A stretch of 43,870 nt of DNA from Alphaproteobacteria bacterium (GTDB taxonomy: Bacteria > Pseudomonadota > Alphaproteobacteria > UBA8366 > GCA-2717185), in NCBI GenBank assembly GCA_047631095.1, contig JBLHZD010000002.1, positions 1 to 43,870 on the forward strand. The letters are read 5' to 3'. This document shows, piece by piece, positions 1 to 8,540 of this stretch; positions within the stretch are counted from its first letter, which is position 1, and every line of letters starts with the position of its first letter. The notes under the pieces were generated by a model that saw nothing but the letters and a program-made list of their open reading frames with translations, searched no databases and had not been told where the DNA came from. The position numbers were made by a program, and so were the translations under genes.

Positions 1-2
1 AG

Positions 3-914
3 AAACAATATCCTGAATTCCTCGCCCTGGCGGAACAGCTGCACGGGCTTGAGGAACAACGGGAAAAACGACTGGCGGCGGCGGCGCGCGAATCCGGCGA
101 GGCCAAGGAAAAAGACACCCGCGAATTCATGAACCCGGAGCAGCTGGGTAAGCTTGAAGAATTTCTGGCGCGCACGGATCTGTCGAGCGTCATCCGGCGC
201 CAGCCCATTTGCGCCATCGTTGGCGAAAACCCGCCGCAAGCCGTATTTCGCGAGCTTTATGTCTCCATCATGGATCTGGCCAGCACGGTGCTGCCGGAAG
301 TCAATTTAGCGGGCAATCCCTGGCTGTTTCAGCATTTAACGCAAACCCTCGATGTTCGGATGCTGAAGCATCTGGAACAGGCGGATGATAGCGAAATATT
401 CTCCTCGCTCAGCATCAACCTGAACATCGCCACGGTGCTGGGGACGGATTTTCTTGAATTCGACTCATCCTTGCGCACCGGAAGCCGGGGTACGATCGTC
501 GTCGAATTGCAGCCCATGGACGTTTTTGCGGATTTTAACGCCTTTATGTTCGCACGCGATTTCCTGCGAGAGAAAGGCTATCGTGTTTGCCTCGACGGGA
601 TCGGGATCTCCTTGTTTGAATTTATCGACCGTAAAAAACTGGGGCTCGATCTGGTCAAACTTTTCTGGTCGCCGGAGATTGGCGATTCGGCGAGCGAAGA
701 GCGGCAAAATTCCATTCGCGCGCAAATTACCGAGCTGGGTCGGTCGCGGGTCATTCTGTCGCGATGCGATAACGCGGCGGCGATTCGGACGGGCCAGGAA
801 CTTGGCATTTCACTGTATCAGGGCCGCCATGTCGACGCGCTCTTGAGCGGCGCGCGAAACGAATCGCCGATCCCGCGCCCACAGACGCGACGCCGCACCG
901 CCACCATCCGATAA
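3..914 (+). CDS. 5'-truncated ORF; C-terminal region resembles a degenerate EAL (c-di-GMP phosphodiesterase-like) domain
   Basis: The reading frame is open from nt 3, with no stop before the first in-window ATG at 129, so the gene begins upstream of the window. The motif order QPI / RELYVS (in place of EAL) / SINLN / VVELQP / CLDGIG / DLVKLFW parallels the EAL-domain order QPI / EAL / N / ExxE / DDFGTG / KxD, but key residues are substituted. Confidence 0.45.
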   Translation, partial: KQYPEFLALAEQLHGLEEQREKRLAAAARESGEAKEKDTREFMNPEQLGKLEEFLARTDLSSVIRRQPICAIVGENPPQAVFRELYVSIMDLASTVLPEVNLAGNPWLFQHLTQTLDVRMLKHLEQADDSEIFSSLSINLNIATVLGTDFLEFDSSLRTGSRGTIVVELQPMDVFADFNAFMFARDFLREKGYRVCLDGIGISLFEFIDRKKLGLDLVKLFWSPEIGDSASEERQNSIRAQITELGRSRVILSRCDNAAAIRTGQELGISLYQGRHVDALLSGARNESPIPRPQTRRRTATIR

Positions 915-935
915 ATTTTTATCCGTTTGGAATAC

Positions 936-1514
936 CTAGCTTCGCGGCGCGTGTTTGTTCAAAATGCGCTGCAAGGTGCGCCGATGCATTTTCAAGCGCC
1001 GCGCCGTTTCCGACACATTGCGATCACATTGCTCAAACACCCGTTGAATATGCTCCCAGCGCACCCGGTCGGCGGACATCGGGTCCTGCGGCGGCGGCGG
1101 CAAAGGCCGGTCTTCTTCAATTAAAGCAGCCGTGATCTGATCTGCGTCGGCAGGCTTGGACAAAAAATCAACCGCCCCCGCCTTCACCGCGACGACAGCG
1201 GCGGCGATGTTGCCATACCCGGTCAACATGACGGTGCGGATATTGGGTCGAACCTGACGCAGCGCTTCGACCACTTCCATGCCATTCCCGTCTTCCAACC
1301 GCAAATCGACCACAGCGTAAGCGGGCGCGCTGCCATTCGCCGATTCCAGGCCTTCCGCAACGCTGGCCGCCGTTGTGACCTCGAACCCCCGGCTTTCCAT
1401 CGCGCGCGCCAACCGATTGCCCAGCGGCGCGTCATCATCGACGATCAATAAGGTCCGGTCATCCAGACCATCCGCGGGATTATCCACGTATATTCCTTCC
1501 GTTTCTCGCGCCAT
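936..1514 (-). CDS. regA: RegA/PrrA/ActR-type redox response regulator
   Basis: 192 aa. It has a receiver domain (LLIVDDD, VVDLRLEDG, SKP) and a C-terminal Fis-type HTH, NVSETARRLKMHRRTLQRIL, characteristic of RegA/PrrA/ActR. The ATG is at 1512-1514, 2 nt after the stop of the RegB-like kinase gene. Confidence 0.9.
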   Translation of the reverse strand: MARETEGIYVDNPADGLDDRTLLIVDDDAPLGNRLARAMESRGFEVTTAASVAEGLESANGSAPAYAVVDLRLEDGNGMEVVEALRQVRPNIRTVMLTGYGNIAAAVVAVKAGAVDFLSKPADADQITAALIEEDRPLPPPPQDPMSADRVRWEHIQRVFEQCDRNVSETARRLKMHRRTLQRILNKHAPRS

Positions 1515-1516
1515 CT

Positions 1517-3016
1517 TTATGTCTTGGGCGCGCCAGGCGCAATAATTTCAAAGGCGCCACGCGGCCACTGTATAACAACCTCCGCGCCGTTACGATTCCG
1601 AATTTCCAGACTGGCGCCGCCCCGTTCCAGCAAGGTTTGGGCGATAAAGAACCCAAGCCCCATATGTTCCCCGCCACGGGATGAAATATAGGGTTCGCCC
1701 AGTGATGCGAACACCGCATTGGAAAACCCCGGCCCGTCATCGGAAATGGTCACGCGGACCAGATCGTCGTCCCAATACAATCGAAGCGCCACTCGCGAGC
1801 GGGCGAATTGCATCGCATTCTGGATCAGATTGCCAAGCCCATAAGCCAGCTCCGGCCCGTCCGGCGCGGTAGGTTCCGAACTATTTTGCATGTCGCCATC
1901 CTGCGGCGCGCCGCCTTGTGGATCGCAATCAGTCCCATCTGCGTTTTCAAACACGATCTCCAGCGCGATATCGTCCGCGCGGTAAGGATCGCCCGCATGT
2001 TCGACAAGCACCGACAGGGGCGCGCGCGCAAACGCTTCATGGCCCTCGATGATGGTGCGTTGGTCCAGCCCCGCAAGAATTTCCCGGCACCGGTTCGACT
2101 GAGAGATCAGCAGCGCCACATCTTCCGCGAACTCGCTATCGGGCGGCACATCGCGGGATAATTCCTTGGCGACCACGGCGATGGTGGCCAGGGGCGACCC
2201 CAATTCGTGCGCCGCCGCCGCCGCCAGACCGCCCAGCGCCGTCAGGTTCTGTTCCCGAGTCAATCGAACCTGGGTTTCCGCCAAAGCGTCCGACATTCGC
2301 CGCGCCTCATCGGCCACCGACCAGACATAGGTCGCAATAAAAACCGAAGCGACCGCCAGCGAGGTCCAGATGCCCAGCGCATAGTTTCCCGGCAGGCTGA
2401 GCCCCCCCGGCGACCAGGGCAACGGCGCATGAAACAGCGCCAGCAATGTGATGCACGCAACCGCCAGAACAATCAGCCCCAGAGTCGGGCCGCGCGACAG
2501 GATCGTGGCGGACACCGTGACCGGCGCGACAATCAATATTGCGAATGGATTCTCCAGCCCGCCCGTCAGGTAAAGCAGGACGCTCAATTGTAAAACATCG
2601 AAGCCAAGCAACAGCATCGAATCCCGGTCGCCCAGCCGCGCGCGCAACGGCATCAAAACATAGAGAAGCAGATTGGACACCGCCGTCGCGGCGATAACGG
2701 TCAGGCAAGCGACCAGCGGCAACGAATATTCCAGCCCAAAATGCACCGCCAGAACGGTCAAGGTCTGACCAACAACCGCGATCCAGCGAATCAGGACCAG
2801 CGTCCGCAGTCGTAATCGACCATGCAGAAACCGTTGAGACAGGGCGGGCGGGCCGCCGCCGAAACGCGATTTTGTGGAGTCGTCAATGCTCACGGTGCTG
2901 GCTTCCTCATTCTGGCGCAACGGGTCGTCGTTAATCATGCCCGCGTTATTCATGCCCCCGTAATTCATACTGTGACGCCCGAAGTATCTCTGGCGCCTTT
3001 GTCGCGCGGGTCCCAT
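1517..3016 (-). CDS. regB: RegB/PrrB/ActS-type redox-sensing histidine kinase
   Basis: Polytopic N-terminus, H-box AAAAHELGSPLATI, GGLENPF (the GGXXNPF quinone-site motif of RegB), a Cys in SNRCREIL at the redox-box position, and G-boxes DDGPGF and GLGFFIA. The start is uncertain: the ATG at 3016 lies only 9 nt from the divergent ABC gene, and the internal ATG at 2968 (MNYGGMNN..) is plausible. Confidence 0.85.
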   Translation of the reverse strand: MGPARQRRQRYFGRHSMNYGGMNNAGMINDDPLRQNEEASTVSIDDSTKSRFGGGPPALSQRFLHGRLRLRTLVLIRWIAVVGQTLTVLAVHFGLEYSLPLVACLTVIAATAVSNLLLYVLMPLRARLGDRDSMLLLGFDVLQLSVLLYLTGGLENPFAILIVAPVTVSATILSRGPTLGLIVLAVACITLLALFHAPLPWSPGGLSLPGNYALGIWTSLAVASVFIATYVWSVADEARRMSDALAETQVRLTREQNLTALGGLAAAAAHELGSPLATIAVVAKELSRDVPPDSEFAEDVALLISQSNRCREILAGLDQRTIIEGHEAFARAPLSVLVEHAGDPYRADDIALEIVFENADGTDCDPQGGAPQDGDMQNSSEPTAPDGPELAYGLGNLIQNAMQFARSRVALRLYWDDDLVRVTISDDGPGFSNAVFASLGEPYISSRGGEHMGLGFFIAQTLLERGGASLEIRNRNGAEVVIQWPRGAFEIIAPGAPKT

Positions 3017-3025
3017 AGTTTACCT

Positions 3026-3802
3026 GTGAATGACGCGGCTTCCATAATTTCCGTAACTGGATTGACGAAAAATTTCGGCGATGTCGTCGCGGTTGATAAT
3101 ATCAGCTTTACGATTAAGGCGGGAACGACAACCGGCCTTTTGGGCGGGAACGGCGCTGGCAAGAGCACGACAATCGCGATGCTGCTGGGGCTGTTGACGC
3201 CCAGCACAGGCGGCATTCGCATTCTGGGCGAAGACATGGTGCGCCACCGCCACCGCGTTCTGGAGCGGATGAATTTTTCGTCGCCCTATGTGGACCTGCC
3301 CAAGCGCCTGACGGTTTGGGAGAATCTTCAAGTGTCCGCCCGGCTCTATGGAATCCAGAACCGCCGGGACCGCATCGAACAATTATCAACCGAATACGCG
3401 CTCGAGCCCTTCCTCGTCAAACCCTATGGTGATTTATCGTCTGGTCAGAAAACCCGCGTCCTCTTGGCCAAGGCCATGCTCAACGAACCCGCCGTTTTAT
3501 TACTCGACGAGCCAACAGCCAGCCTGGACCCCGACACTGCGGACTGGATTCGCGGACGTCTGGAAGATCATCAAGCGCGCACCGGCGCGGCCTATCTGAT
3601 CGCCAGTCATAATATGGCGGAGGTCGAGCGGTTGTGCAGCGACGTCATCATGATGCGCGCAGGCGGCGTTGTCGATCAGGGCTCGCCCGATGAACTGGTC
3701 GCGCGCCATGGCCGCCAAAACATGGAAGAAGTTTTTTTAGCCGTCGCCCGAGGCGAGAGTCTAAACCGCGAGACCACAAACAGCGATACGCCGCTCCCAT
3801 GA
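3026..3802 (+). CDS. ABC transporter ATP-binding protein (ABC-2 exporter type)
   Basis: Walker A GGNGAGKST, signature LSSGQKTR, Walker B LLLDEPT. I place the start at the in-frame GTG at 3026 (VNDAASIISVTGL..). The ORF-track start at 2822 would overlap regB by about 195 nt. Confidence 0.85.
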   Translation: MNDAASIISVTGLTKNFGDVVAVDNISFTIKAGTTTGLLGGNGAGKSTTIAMLLGLLTPSTGGIRILGEDMVRHRHRVLERMNFSSPYVDLPKRLTVWENLQVSARLYGIQNRRDRIEQLSTEYALEPFLVKPYGDLSSGQKTRVLLAKAMLNEPAVLLLDEPTASLDPDTADWIRGRLEDHQARTGAAYLIASHNMAEVERLCSDVIMMRAGGVVDQGSPDELVARHGRQNMEEVFLAVARGESLNRETTNSDTPLP

Positions 3803-4632
3803 CGACAGCGCAAAAACAGCCACCCCACCGAAACCGCTCCACGCCCGGCGGTCGTGTCATCGCGCTTATTCTGCGCTACCTCTATCTTCTCAGAAGCTCG
3901 TGGCCGCGCCTTCTGGAAATGCTGTACTGGCCCATCATGCAGTTGATTCTATGGGGGTTTATTTCCCGCCACCTGGCGACCAACTCCACCTGGGTCGCCG
4001 CCGCCGCCGGCGTCTTTATCGCCGCAGTGCTTTTATGGGACGTCCTGTTCCGGTCCCAGATCAGCTTTTCCTTGTCGTTTCTGGAGGAAGTCTGGTCGCG
4101 CAATCTGGCCAATTTATTCATCGCGCCGCTGCGACCACACGAGTTGGTCATCGCGTTGATCGGCATCAGCATGATCCGCACACTGATCGGAATTCTGCCG
4201 GCGGCGCTGCTCGCGATTCCGCTTTATGAATATTCCATTTTTGAACTCGGGCTTCCCCTACTGGCGTTCTTCGCCAACCTTCTGGTCTTGGGTTGGGCCA
4301 TCGGCCTTTTCGTCGTCGCTCTGCTTTTACGGTTTGGACAGGGCGCGGAGAGCCTGTGCTGGGTCGCCATCTTCATGCTGGCGCCGATCAGCGCCATTTA
4401 TTATCCAGTCGATGTGCTGCCCGGTTGGCTGCAAACCATCGCCTGGATGGCGCCGCCCGCCCATGTTTTTGAAGGGATGCGCGCGGTCATGTTCGACGGC
4501 GTCTTTCGCATGGATTTATTTCTCGGCGCGGTTTCGCTGAATCTGCTTTATCTGATTCTGGGCGGATGCGCCTTTTTGTACAGCTTCCGCGTCGCCCGGC
4601 AGCGCGGGCTGTTGCTCAATGTCGGCGAATAA
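3799..4632 (+). CDS. ABC-2 type transporter permease
   Basis: 277 aa with about six hydrophobic segments. The ATG at 3799 overlaps the ATPase stop (ATGA at 3799-3802), the typical ATPase/permease coupling. Confidence 0.75.
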   Translation: MTTAQKQPPHRNRSTPGGRVIALILRYLYLLRSSWPRLLEMLYWPIMQLILWGFISRHLATNSTWVAAAAGVFIAAVLLWDVLFRSQISFSLSFLEEVWSRNLANLFIAPLRPHELVIALIGISMIRTLIGILPAALLAIPLYEYSIFELGLPLLAFFANLLVLGWAIGLFVVALLLRFGQGAESLCWVAIFMLAPISAIYYPVDVLPGWLQTIAWMAPPAHVFEGMRAVMFDGVFRMDLFLGAVSLNLLYLILGGCAFLYSFRVARQRGLLLNVGE

Positions 4633-4648
4633 CAATGTCGGCGAATAA
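4617..4648. repeat. Perfect 16-bp tandem duplication (CAATGTCGGCGAATAA x2) spanning the permease stop codon
   Basis: Read directly: 4617-4632 and 4633-4648 are identical. Confidence 0.95.
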
Positions 4649-4663
4649 CCTAACCCGCCAATT

Positions 4664-5701
4664 CTATTCTGTGGTCGCTGTGGTCGCTGCGGTCGCCACA
4701 CCCGCTTCGGCGAAAGTCGCCATCCCGGTGTGACACGCGACCGCCGCGCGCAAAATCAACAGCGCCGTCGCCGCGCCGCTACCTTCGCCCAGTCCCAGAC
4801 CAAGGTCGAGAATTGGCGCCATGCCCATCGCGTCCAGTAAACGGGCGTGACCAGGCTCCTTCGACACATGGCCAACGACGCAATGGTCCAGCGCCCCAGG
4901 ATCCATTTTCTGTAACACCGCCGCCGCCGCGCAACAGGCGAACCCATCGAGAATAACCGGCACCCGCGCCATACGCGCCGCCAGCACGGCGCCCGCAATC
5001 GCCGCCAGCTCCATACCGCCGACCCGACGCAAGGCTTCCAACGGATCGCTCCATTCGGCGCCGTGCAACGCCAACGCCTCGGCGACAATCGCCGCCTTGT
5101 GCGCCACGCCCGCCGCATCAACGCCCGCGCCCGGCCCCACCCAGTCACCCGGCGCACCGCCAAACAACGCGCAGCTCAACGCCGCCGCGCTGGTCGTATT
5201 GCCAATGCCCATCTCACCAAGACACAGCGTATCGACGCCATCCTCGACCGCCATCATGCCATAGGCCATCGCGCGAGCGCAGTCGCCTTCGGACATCGCT
5301 GGTCCGGCGGTGAAATCCGCCGTTGGATAATCCAGCCCCATTTCATACACGCGCAATTCCGCATCGGCGATGGTGCAAATCTGATTGATCGCGCCGCCGC
5401 CAACCTGAAAATTCGCCACCATTTGCGCCGTCACCGCTTGTGGGTAGGCCGACACATTGCGCGCCACGACCCCATGATTGGCGACAAACACCGCCACGCG
5501 CGGCCGCTCCAGACCAACCGTATCCGGATCGCGCCATGTCATGTACCAATTGGCCAACGCTTCCATCCGCCCCAACGACCCGGCGGGCTTGGTCAGGGTG
5601 GCGTCGCGGGCGGCGGCTTTCGCGCCCGATTCGGTGTTTGGTCCCGGCGCGGATTTTAGAATTTCGCGCATGTCTTCGAATGTGGCGTCTTCGGCGGCCA
5701 T
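4664..5701 (-). CDS. cobT: Nicotinate-nucleotide--dimethylbenzimidazole phosphoribosyltransferase
   Basis: CobT-like sequence: LTKPAGSLGRMEALA, GEMGIGNTTSAAAL, GGMELAAIAGA. The ATG at 5699-5701 gives 345 aa beginning MAAEDATFEDMREIL. I reject the Arg-rich 120-aa upstream extension in the ORF track (to 6061). Confidence 0.9.
   Translation of the reverse strand: MAAEDATFEDMREILKSAPGPNTESGAKAAARDATLTKPAGSLGRMEALANWYMTWRDPDTVGLERPRVAVFVANHGVVARNVSAYPQAVTAQMVANFQVGGGAINQICTIADAELRVYEMGLDYPTADFTAGPAMSEGDCARAMAYGMMAVEDGVDTLCLGEMGIGNTTSAAALSCALFGGAPGDWVGPGAGVDAAGVAHKAAIVAEALALHGAEWSDPLEALRRVGGMELAAIAGAVLAARMARVPVILDGFACCAAAAVLQKMDPGALDHCVVGHVSKEPGHARLLDAMGMAPILDLGLGLGEGSGAATALLILRAAVACHTGMATFAEAGVATAATTATTE
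4671..4697. repeat. 9-bp tandem repeat x3 (GTGGTCGCT, GTGGTCGCT, GCGGTCGCC), in frame at the cobT 3' end
   Basis: Read directly. It encodes the C-terminal tail ..ATAATTATTE of CobT. Confidence 0.9.
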
Positions 5702-5720
5702 GAAAACCCTTCCCAGTGTC

Positions 5721-5754
5721 GGCGCGCGACGCGTTATCACCGCGCGGCCTTTTT
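5721..5754 (+). other. Terminator-like GC hairpin plus T5 tract in the cobT/cobS divergent spacer
   Basis: GGCGCGCG (5721-5728) pairs with CGCGCGGCC (5741-5749), one bulge, 12-nt loop, followed by TTTTT (5750-5754). It lies about 75 nt upstream of the cobS ATG, and no plus-strand gene precedes it. Confidence 0.3.
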
Positions 5755-5829
5755 GTACGCTGCTTTTCTTGATGGAGCGAACTATCGTATATCTGAATTG
5801 CAGCAAGCGCGTAAAGCAGTGACGGACCC

Positions 5830-6645
5830 ATGAGCGAGACGCCAGAAACCACAACGCCAGAAACCACACCAAGCAATCGCGCGACGCCGTCGCCGCGACG
5901 CCTTGATTATGACCTTCGCGATGCGGTCGCCTTTCTGACGCAGATTCCTGTTGGACTGAACCGGAAGGCGCCAATCTCACAAATATGCTGGGCCTTCCCT
6001 TTGGTGGGCGCAATGGTCGGGGCCATCGGCGGCGGCGCCTTTTTACTGCTGCTCGCCGCACCGCTGCCGCCGTTTATCGCCGCCGTCGCCGCATTCGGTC
6101 TCATGATCGTTCTAACCGGCGCCCTGCATGAAGACGGATTAGCCGACGCCGCCGACGGCTTTGGCGGTGGTTTTGGCGCCACGCGAAAATTGGAAATCAT
6201 GCGCGACAGCCGAATCGGCGCGTTTGGCGTTTTGGCGTTGATCGTCGCGCTGGGATTGCGCGTCTCCACGGCGGCGGCGTTATTCGAGGTCATTTTACCC
6301 GCATTAATCACCGCCGGCGCAGTTTCGCGCGCGTTCTTGCCCGTTCTCATGCATCGCATGACGCTCGCCGCCGATACCGGCCTGGCGGCGACGGCGGGAC
6401 GCCCAAGCGGTCGGGCCACGCTAATCAGTCTTTGCCTTGGAATCGGCGTCGCCATCCTCGCATTTGGCCCTGGTCCCGGTTTGGCGATCATCGCGACGAC
6501 CGGCGCCGCCGTGGTTGCGACCGGTGCGCTGGCCCAACGGCAAATTGGCGGGTATAACGGCGATGTCCTTGGCGCGGCTCAACAAATCGGGGAAATCGCC
6601 GCGCTGCTTTGCATACTGATCCTTCAAGGGCGGGGGGGCTTGTGA
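5830..6645 (+). CDS. cobS: Adenosylcobinamide-GDP ribazoletransferase (cobalamin synthase)
   Basis: Polytopic membrane protein with the CobS motifs AFLTQIPV, TGALHEDGLADAADG and MRDSRIGAFG. ATG at 5830. Confidence 0.9.
   Translation: MSETPETTTPETTPSNRATPSPRRLDYDLRDAVAFLTQIPVGLNRKAPISQICWAFPLVGAMVGAIGGGAFLLLLAAPLPPFIAAVAAFGLMIVLTGALHEDGLADAADGFGGGFGATRKLEIMRDSRIGAFGVLALIVALGLRVSTAAALFEVILPALITAGAVSRAFLPVLMHRMTLAADTGLAATAGRPSGRATLISLCLGIGVAILAFGPGPGLAIIATTGAAVVATGALAQRQIGGYNGDVLGAAQQIGEIAALLCILILQGRGGL
5839..5868. repeat. Perfect 15-bp tandem duplication (ACGCCAGAAACCACA x2), in frame at the cobS 5' end
   Basis: Read directly: 5839-5853 equals 5854-5868. It encodes the duplicated TPETT in MSETPETTTPETTPS. 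Confidence 0.95.
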
Positions 6646-7349
6646 ATATAGAAACGCGATGGTGGTGGATCCGTCACGCCCCGGTACCGAGCGGGCGCGG
6701 CATGGTGTATGGCCAACTCGACCTGCCGTCTGATTGCAGCGATGCGGACGCCTTCCAACGACTGGCCGCGAGCCTTCCGCGCAACGCCGTTCTCGTCACC
6801 AGCGATTTACGCCGCACTGTTGAAACCGCCACAGCGATTCGCGACGCGGGCCGCGCGGCCGGGCTCAACCTGCCCGAACCGATCCGCGAACCCGCCTTGC
6901 GGGAGCAAAGTTTCGGCGCCTGGCAGGGGCTGTCTCATGAAGATTTCTGGGCGTTGCCCGAGGCGACGCCCCATCGGCACTGGCGCTCTGCGGCGTATAT
7001 TCGCGGACCTGAAGGTGAAAATTTCGCCGATGTCGTCGCGCGGGTAGGACCCGCGATCCATCGTTTGACCCAAGCCCATGCAGGCGCGGATATCGTTGCC
7101 GTCACCCATGGCGGCGCCATTCGCGCGGCGCTGGCCATCGCGCTGAGGCTAGACCCGGAATCGGCGTTGGCCTTTGGCGTGGAAAATCTGTCGCTGACCC
7201 GGCTGGACCATATCGCCGACGACCGGGAAGGCGCGGCGTGGCGCGTGACGACCGTCAACCAGCCGCATCATTCGCCAGAGCCCCCCGATTCGGAATCAGC
7301 CGCTTCGGAGCCAGACACGGCGGAACCTGTCACGGCTGGACGCGCGTAA
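6642..7349 (+). CDS. cobC: Histidine-phosphatase family protein, probable alpha-ribazole-5'-phosphate phosphatase
   Basis: Phosphoglycerate-mutase-like motifs: WWWIRHAP (RHG-type), VAVTHGGAIRAAL. The GTG at 6642 overlaps the cobS stop (GTGA at 6642-6645). The function is inferred from this position after cobS. Confidence 0.65.
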   Translation: MNIETRWWWIRHAPVPSGRGMVYGQLDLPSDCSDADAFQRLAASLPRNAVLVTSDLRRTVETATAIRDAGRAAGLNLPEPIREPALREQSFGAWQGLSHEDFWALPEATPHRHWRSAAYIRGPEGENFADVVARVGPAIHRLTQAHAGADIVAVTHGGAIRAALAIALRLDPESALAFGVENLSLTRLDHIADDREGAAWRVTTVNQPHHSPEPPDSESAASEPDTAEPVTAGRA

Positions 7350-7350
7350 T

Positions 7351-7881
7351 ATGCAGATCACCGAACTAATTCTCGACCCCCTATCGCTGATCATCATTCT
7401 CGGGATCATCGTCTATCTGGTGGTGTTCATACACGCGCGAAAGGCGCAGCCGAATATCGCACGCACCCATCATGACCTCGCCTTCGCCTGTATCATTGAA
7501 CCCCTGACGAAGGCGTCCACGGCGTTTCGGGCGAAATTTTCGGACATCCCGAAATTTTCAAACCCGCACGATGTTCATCTGGTTCGCTTTGGCCTGTTCA
7601 ATGTCGGGTTCAAATCGATTGAAGCCGATCAATTTCGCCGCCCCATGACGCTGACCTTCACCAATAACGCCGAAATACTCTCCGCAGGCTTTAGCGAGGC
7701 CGTTCGAACAGCCGCCGTAGCGAGCACGGCGGAGATCAACGGCAACCGCCTAACGCTTTCGCCACTCCGCATCAAGGGCGGCGGGTCGGTCATCTTTAAT
7801 CTGATCGTTCAAGCTGACCCGCACAAGCATGTCATCGACGGCAATATCGACGATATCGAAAACATCAGGCCGCTTGGTTAG
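7351..7881 (+). CDS. Hypothetical membrane-anchored protein (one N-terminal TM, about 140-aa soluble domain)
   Basis: The ATG at 7351 is 1 nt after the cobC TAA. The hydrophobic segment is LSLIIILGIIVYLVVFI. I recognise no family. Hand-counted local GC is about 45-55%, against about 63% in the flanks. Confidence 0.5.
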   Translation: MQITELILDPLSLIIILGIIVYLVVFIHARKAQPNIARTHHDLAFACIIEPLTKASTAFRAKFSDIPKFSNPHDVHLVRFGLFNVGFKSIEADQFRRPMTLTFTNNAEILSAGFSEAVRTAAVASTAEINGNRLTLSPLRIKGGGSVIFNLIVQADPHKHVIDGNIDDIENIRPLG

Positions 7882-7940
7882 TATGCAAAACACACCAACG
7901 CCGCAAAGACGCAAATCATCAGCGAGATCATCCTAATTCC

Positions 7941-8540
7941 ATGACAAGCTCACCAACAACCCGGCGCCGCTTTACGACCTGGCTACGCTATATGATTTTG
8001 TATCGGCTGGTGCTTCCCATTTTGCGGTCCAAGAACTCACCGGAATATACCGCGCGCGGGGTCCTGTTTGGGCTATTGGCCGCGTTGACGCCGACCGTCG
8101 GTATTCAAATGATTATCGTCGCGGCCATATGGGGGCTGGTTCGTGCCTTTCGCCCCGCGTGGGATTTCAACGTCATCGTCGGCATGGCCTGGACCTGGGT
8201 CACCAATATTTTCACCGTACCGCCGGTTTATTTTCTGTTTCTGGTCACCGGACGGTTAATGCTGGGGCAATGGGACGATATTGGCGGTTATGGCGAATTC
8301 AGCGGCCAGTTATCCAACATGCTGACGTCGCAGATGGATTTTTTCGAATCGCTCTGGGTCTACACCGTGGAGCTTTTCCGCATCTGGGGTCTTCCCATGT
8401 TTTTGGGCTCTATCCCCTGGGCGATCTTCGGTTCCTGGGCTGGATATCGATGGAGCCTCAACCTGTTACAGAAATTTTCAGATCGGCGGCGCAACCGCGC
8501 ATCAGCACGCCGCAACGCCCGACGGCGCGCGAGCGATTAA
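7941..8540 (+). CDS. DUF2062-like membrane protein
   Basis: 199 aa. The N-terminal LRSKNSPEYTARGVLFGLLAALTPTVGIQMIIVAAIW pattern resembles DUF2062, and the C-terminus is an Arg-rich tail. The family is recognised from memory only. Confidence 0.55.
   Translation: MTSSPTTRRRFTTWLRYMILYRLVLPILRSKNSPEYTARGVLFGLLAALTPTVGIQMIIVAAIWGLVRAFRPAWDFNVIVGMAWTWVTNIFTVPPVYFLFLVTGRLMLGQWDDIGGYGEFSGQLSNMLTSQMDFFESLWVYTVELFRIWGLPMFLGSIPWAIFGSWAGYRWSLNLLQKFSDRRRNRASARRNARRRASD

Noticed and set aside
2822-3025. ORF-track N-terminal extension of the ABC ATPase (start at 2822)
   Set aside because: It would overlap the regB 5' region by about 195 nt on the opposite strand. It also adds an Arg/Ala-rich, non-ABC-like peptide. 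The conserved ABC N-terminus begins right after the in-frame GTG at 3026.
5702-6061. 120-aa upstream extension of the cobT ORF (to 6061)
   Set aside because: The extension is Arg-rich low-complexity sequence with no CobT similarity. It runs antisense through the cobS start. The ATG at 5701 gives a normal 345-aa CobT.
7351-8540. The lower-GC segment as a mobile element or genomic islet
   Set aside because: I could find no integrase, transposase, flanking direct or inverted repeats, or tRNA target. It is reported only as a compositional anomaly.
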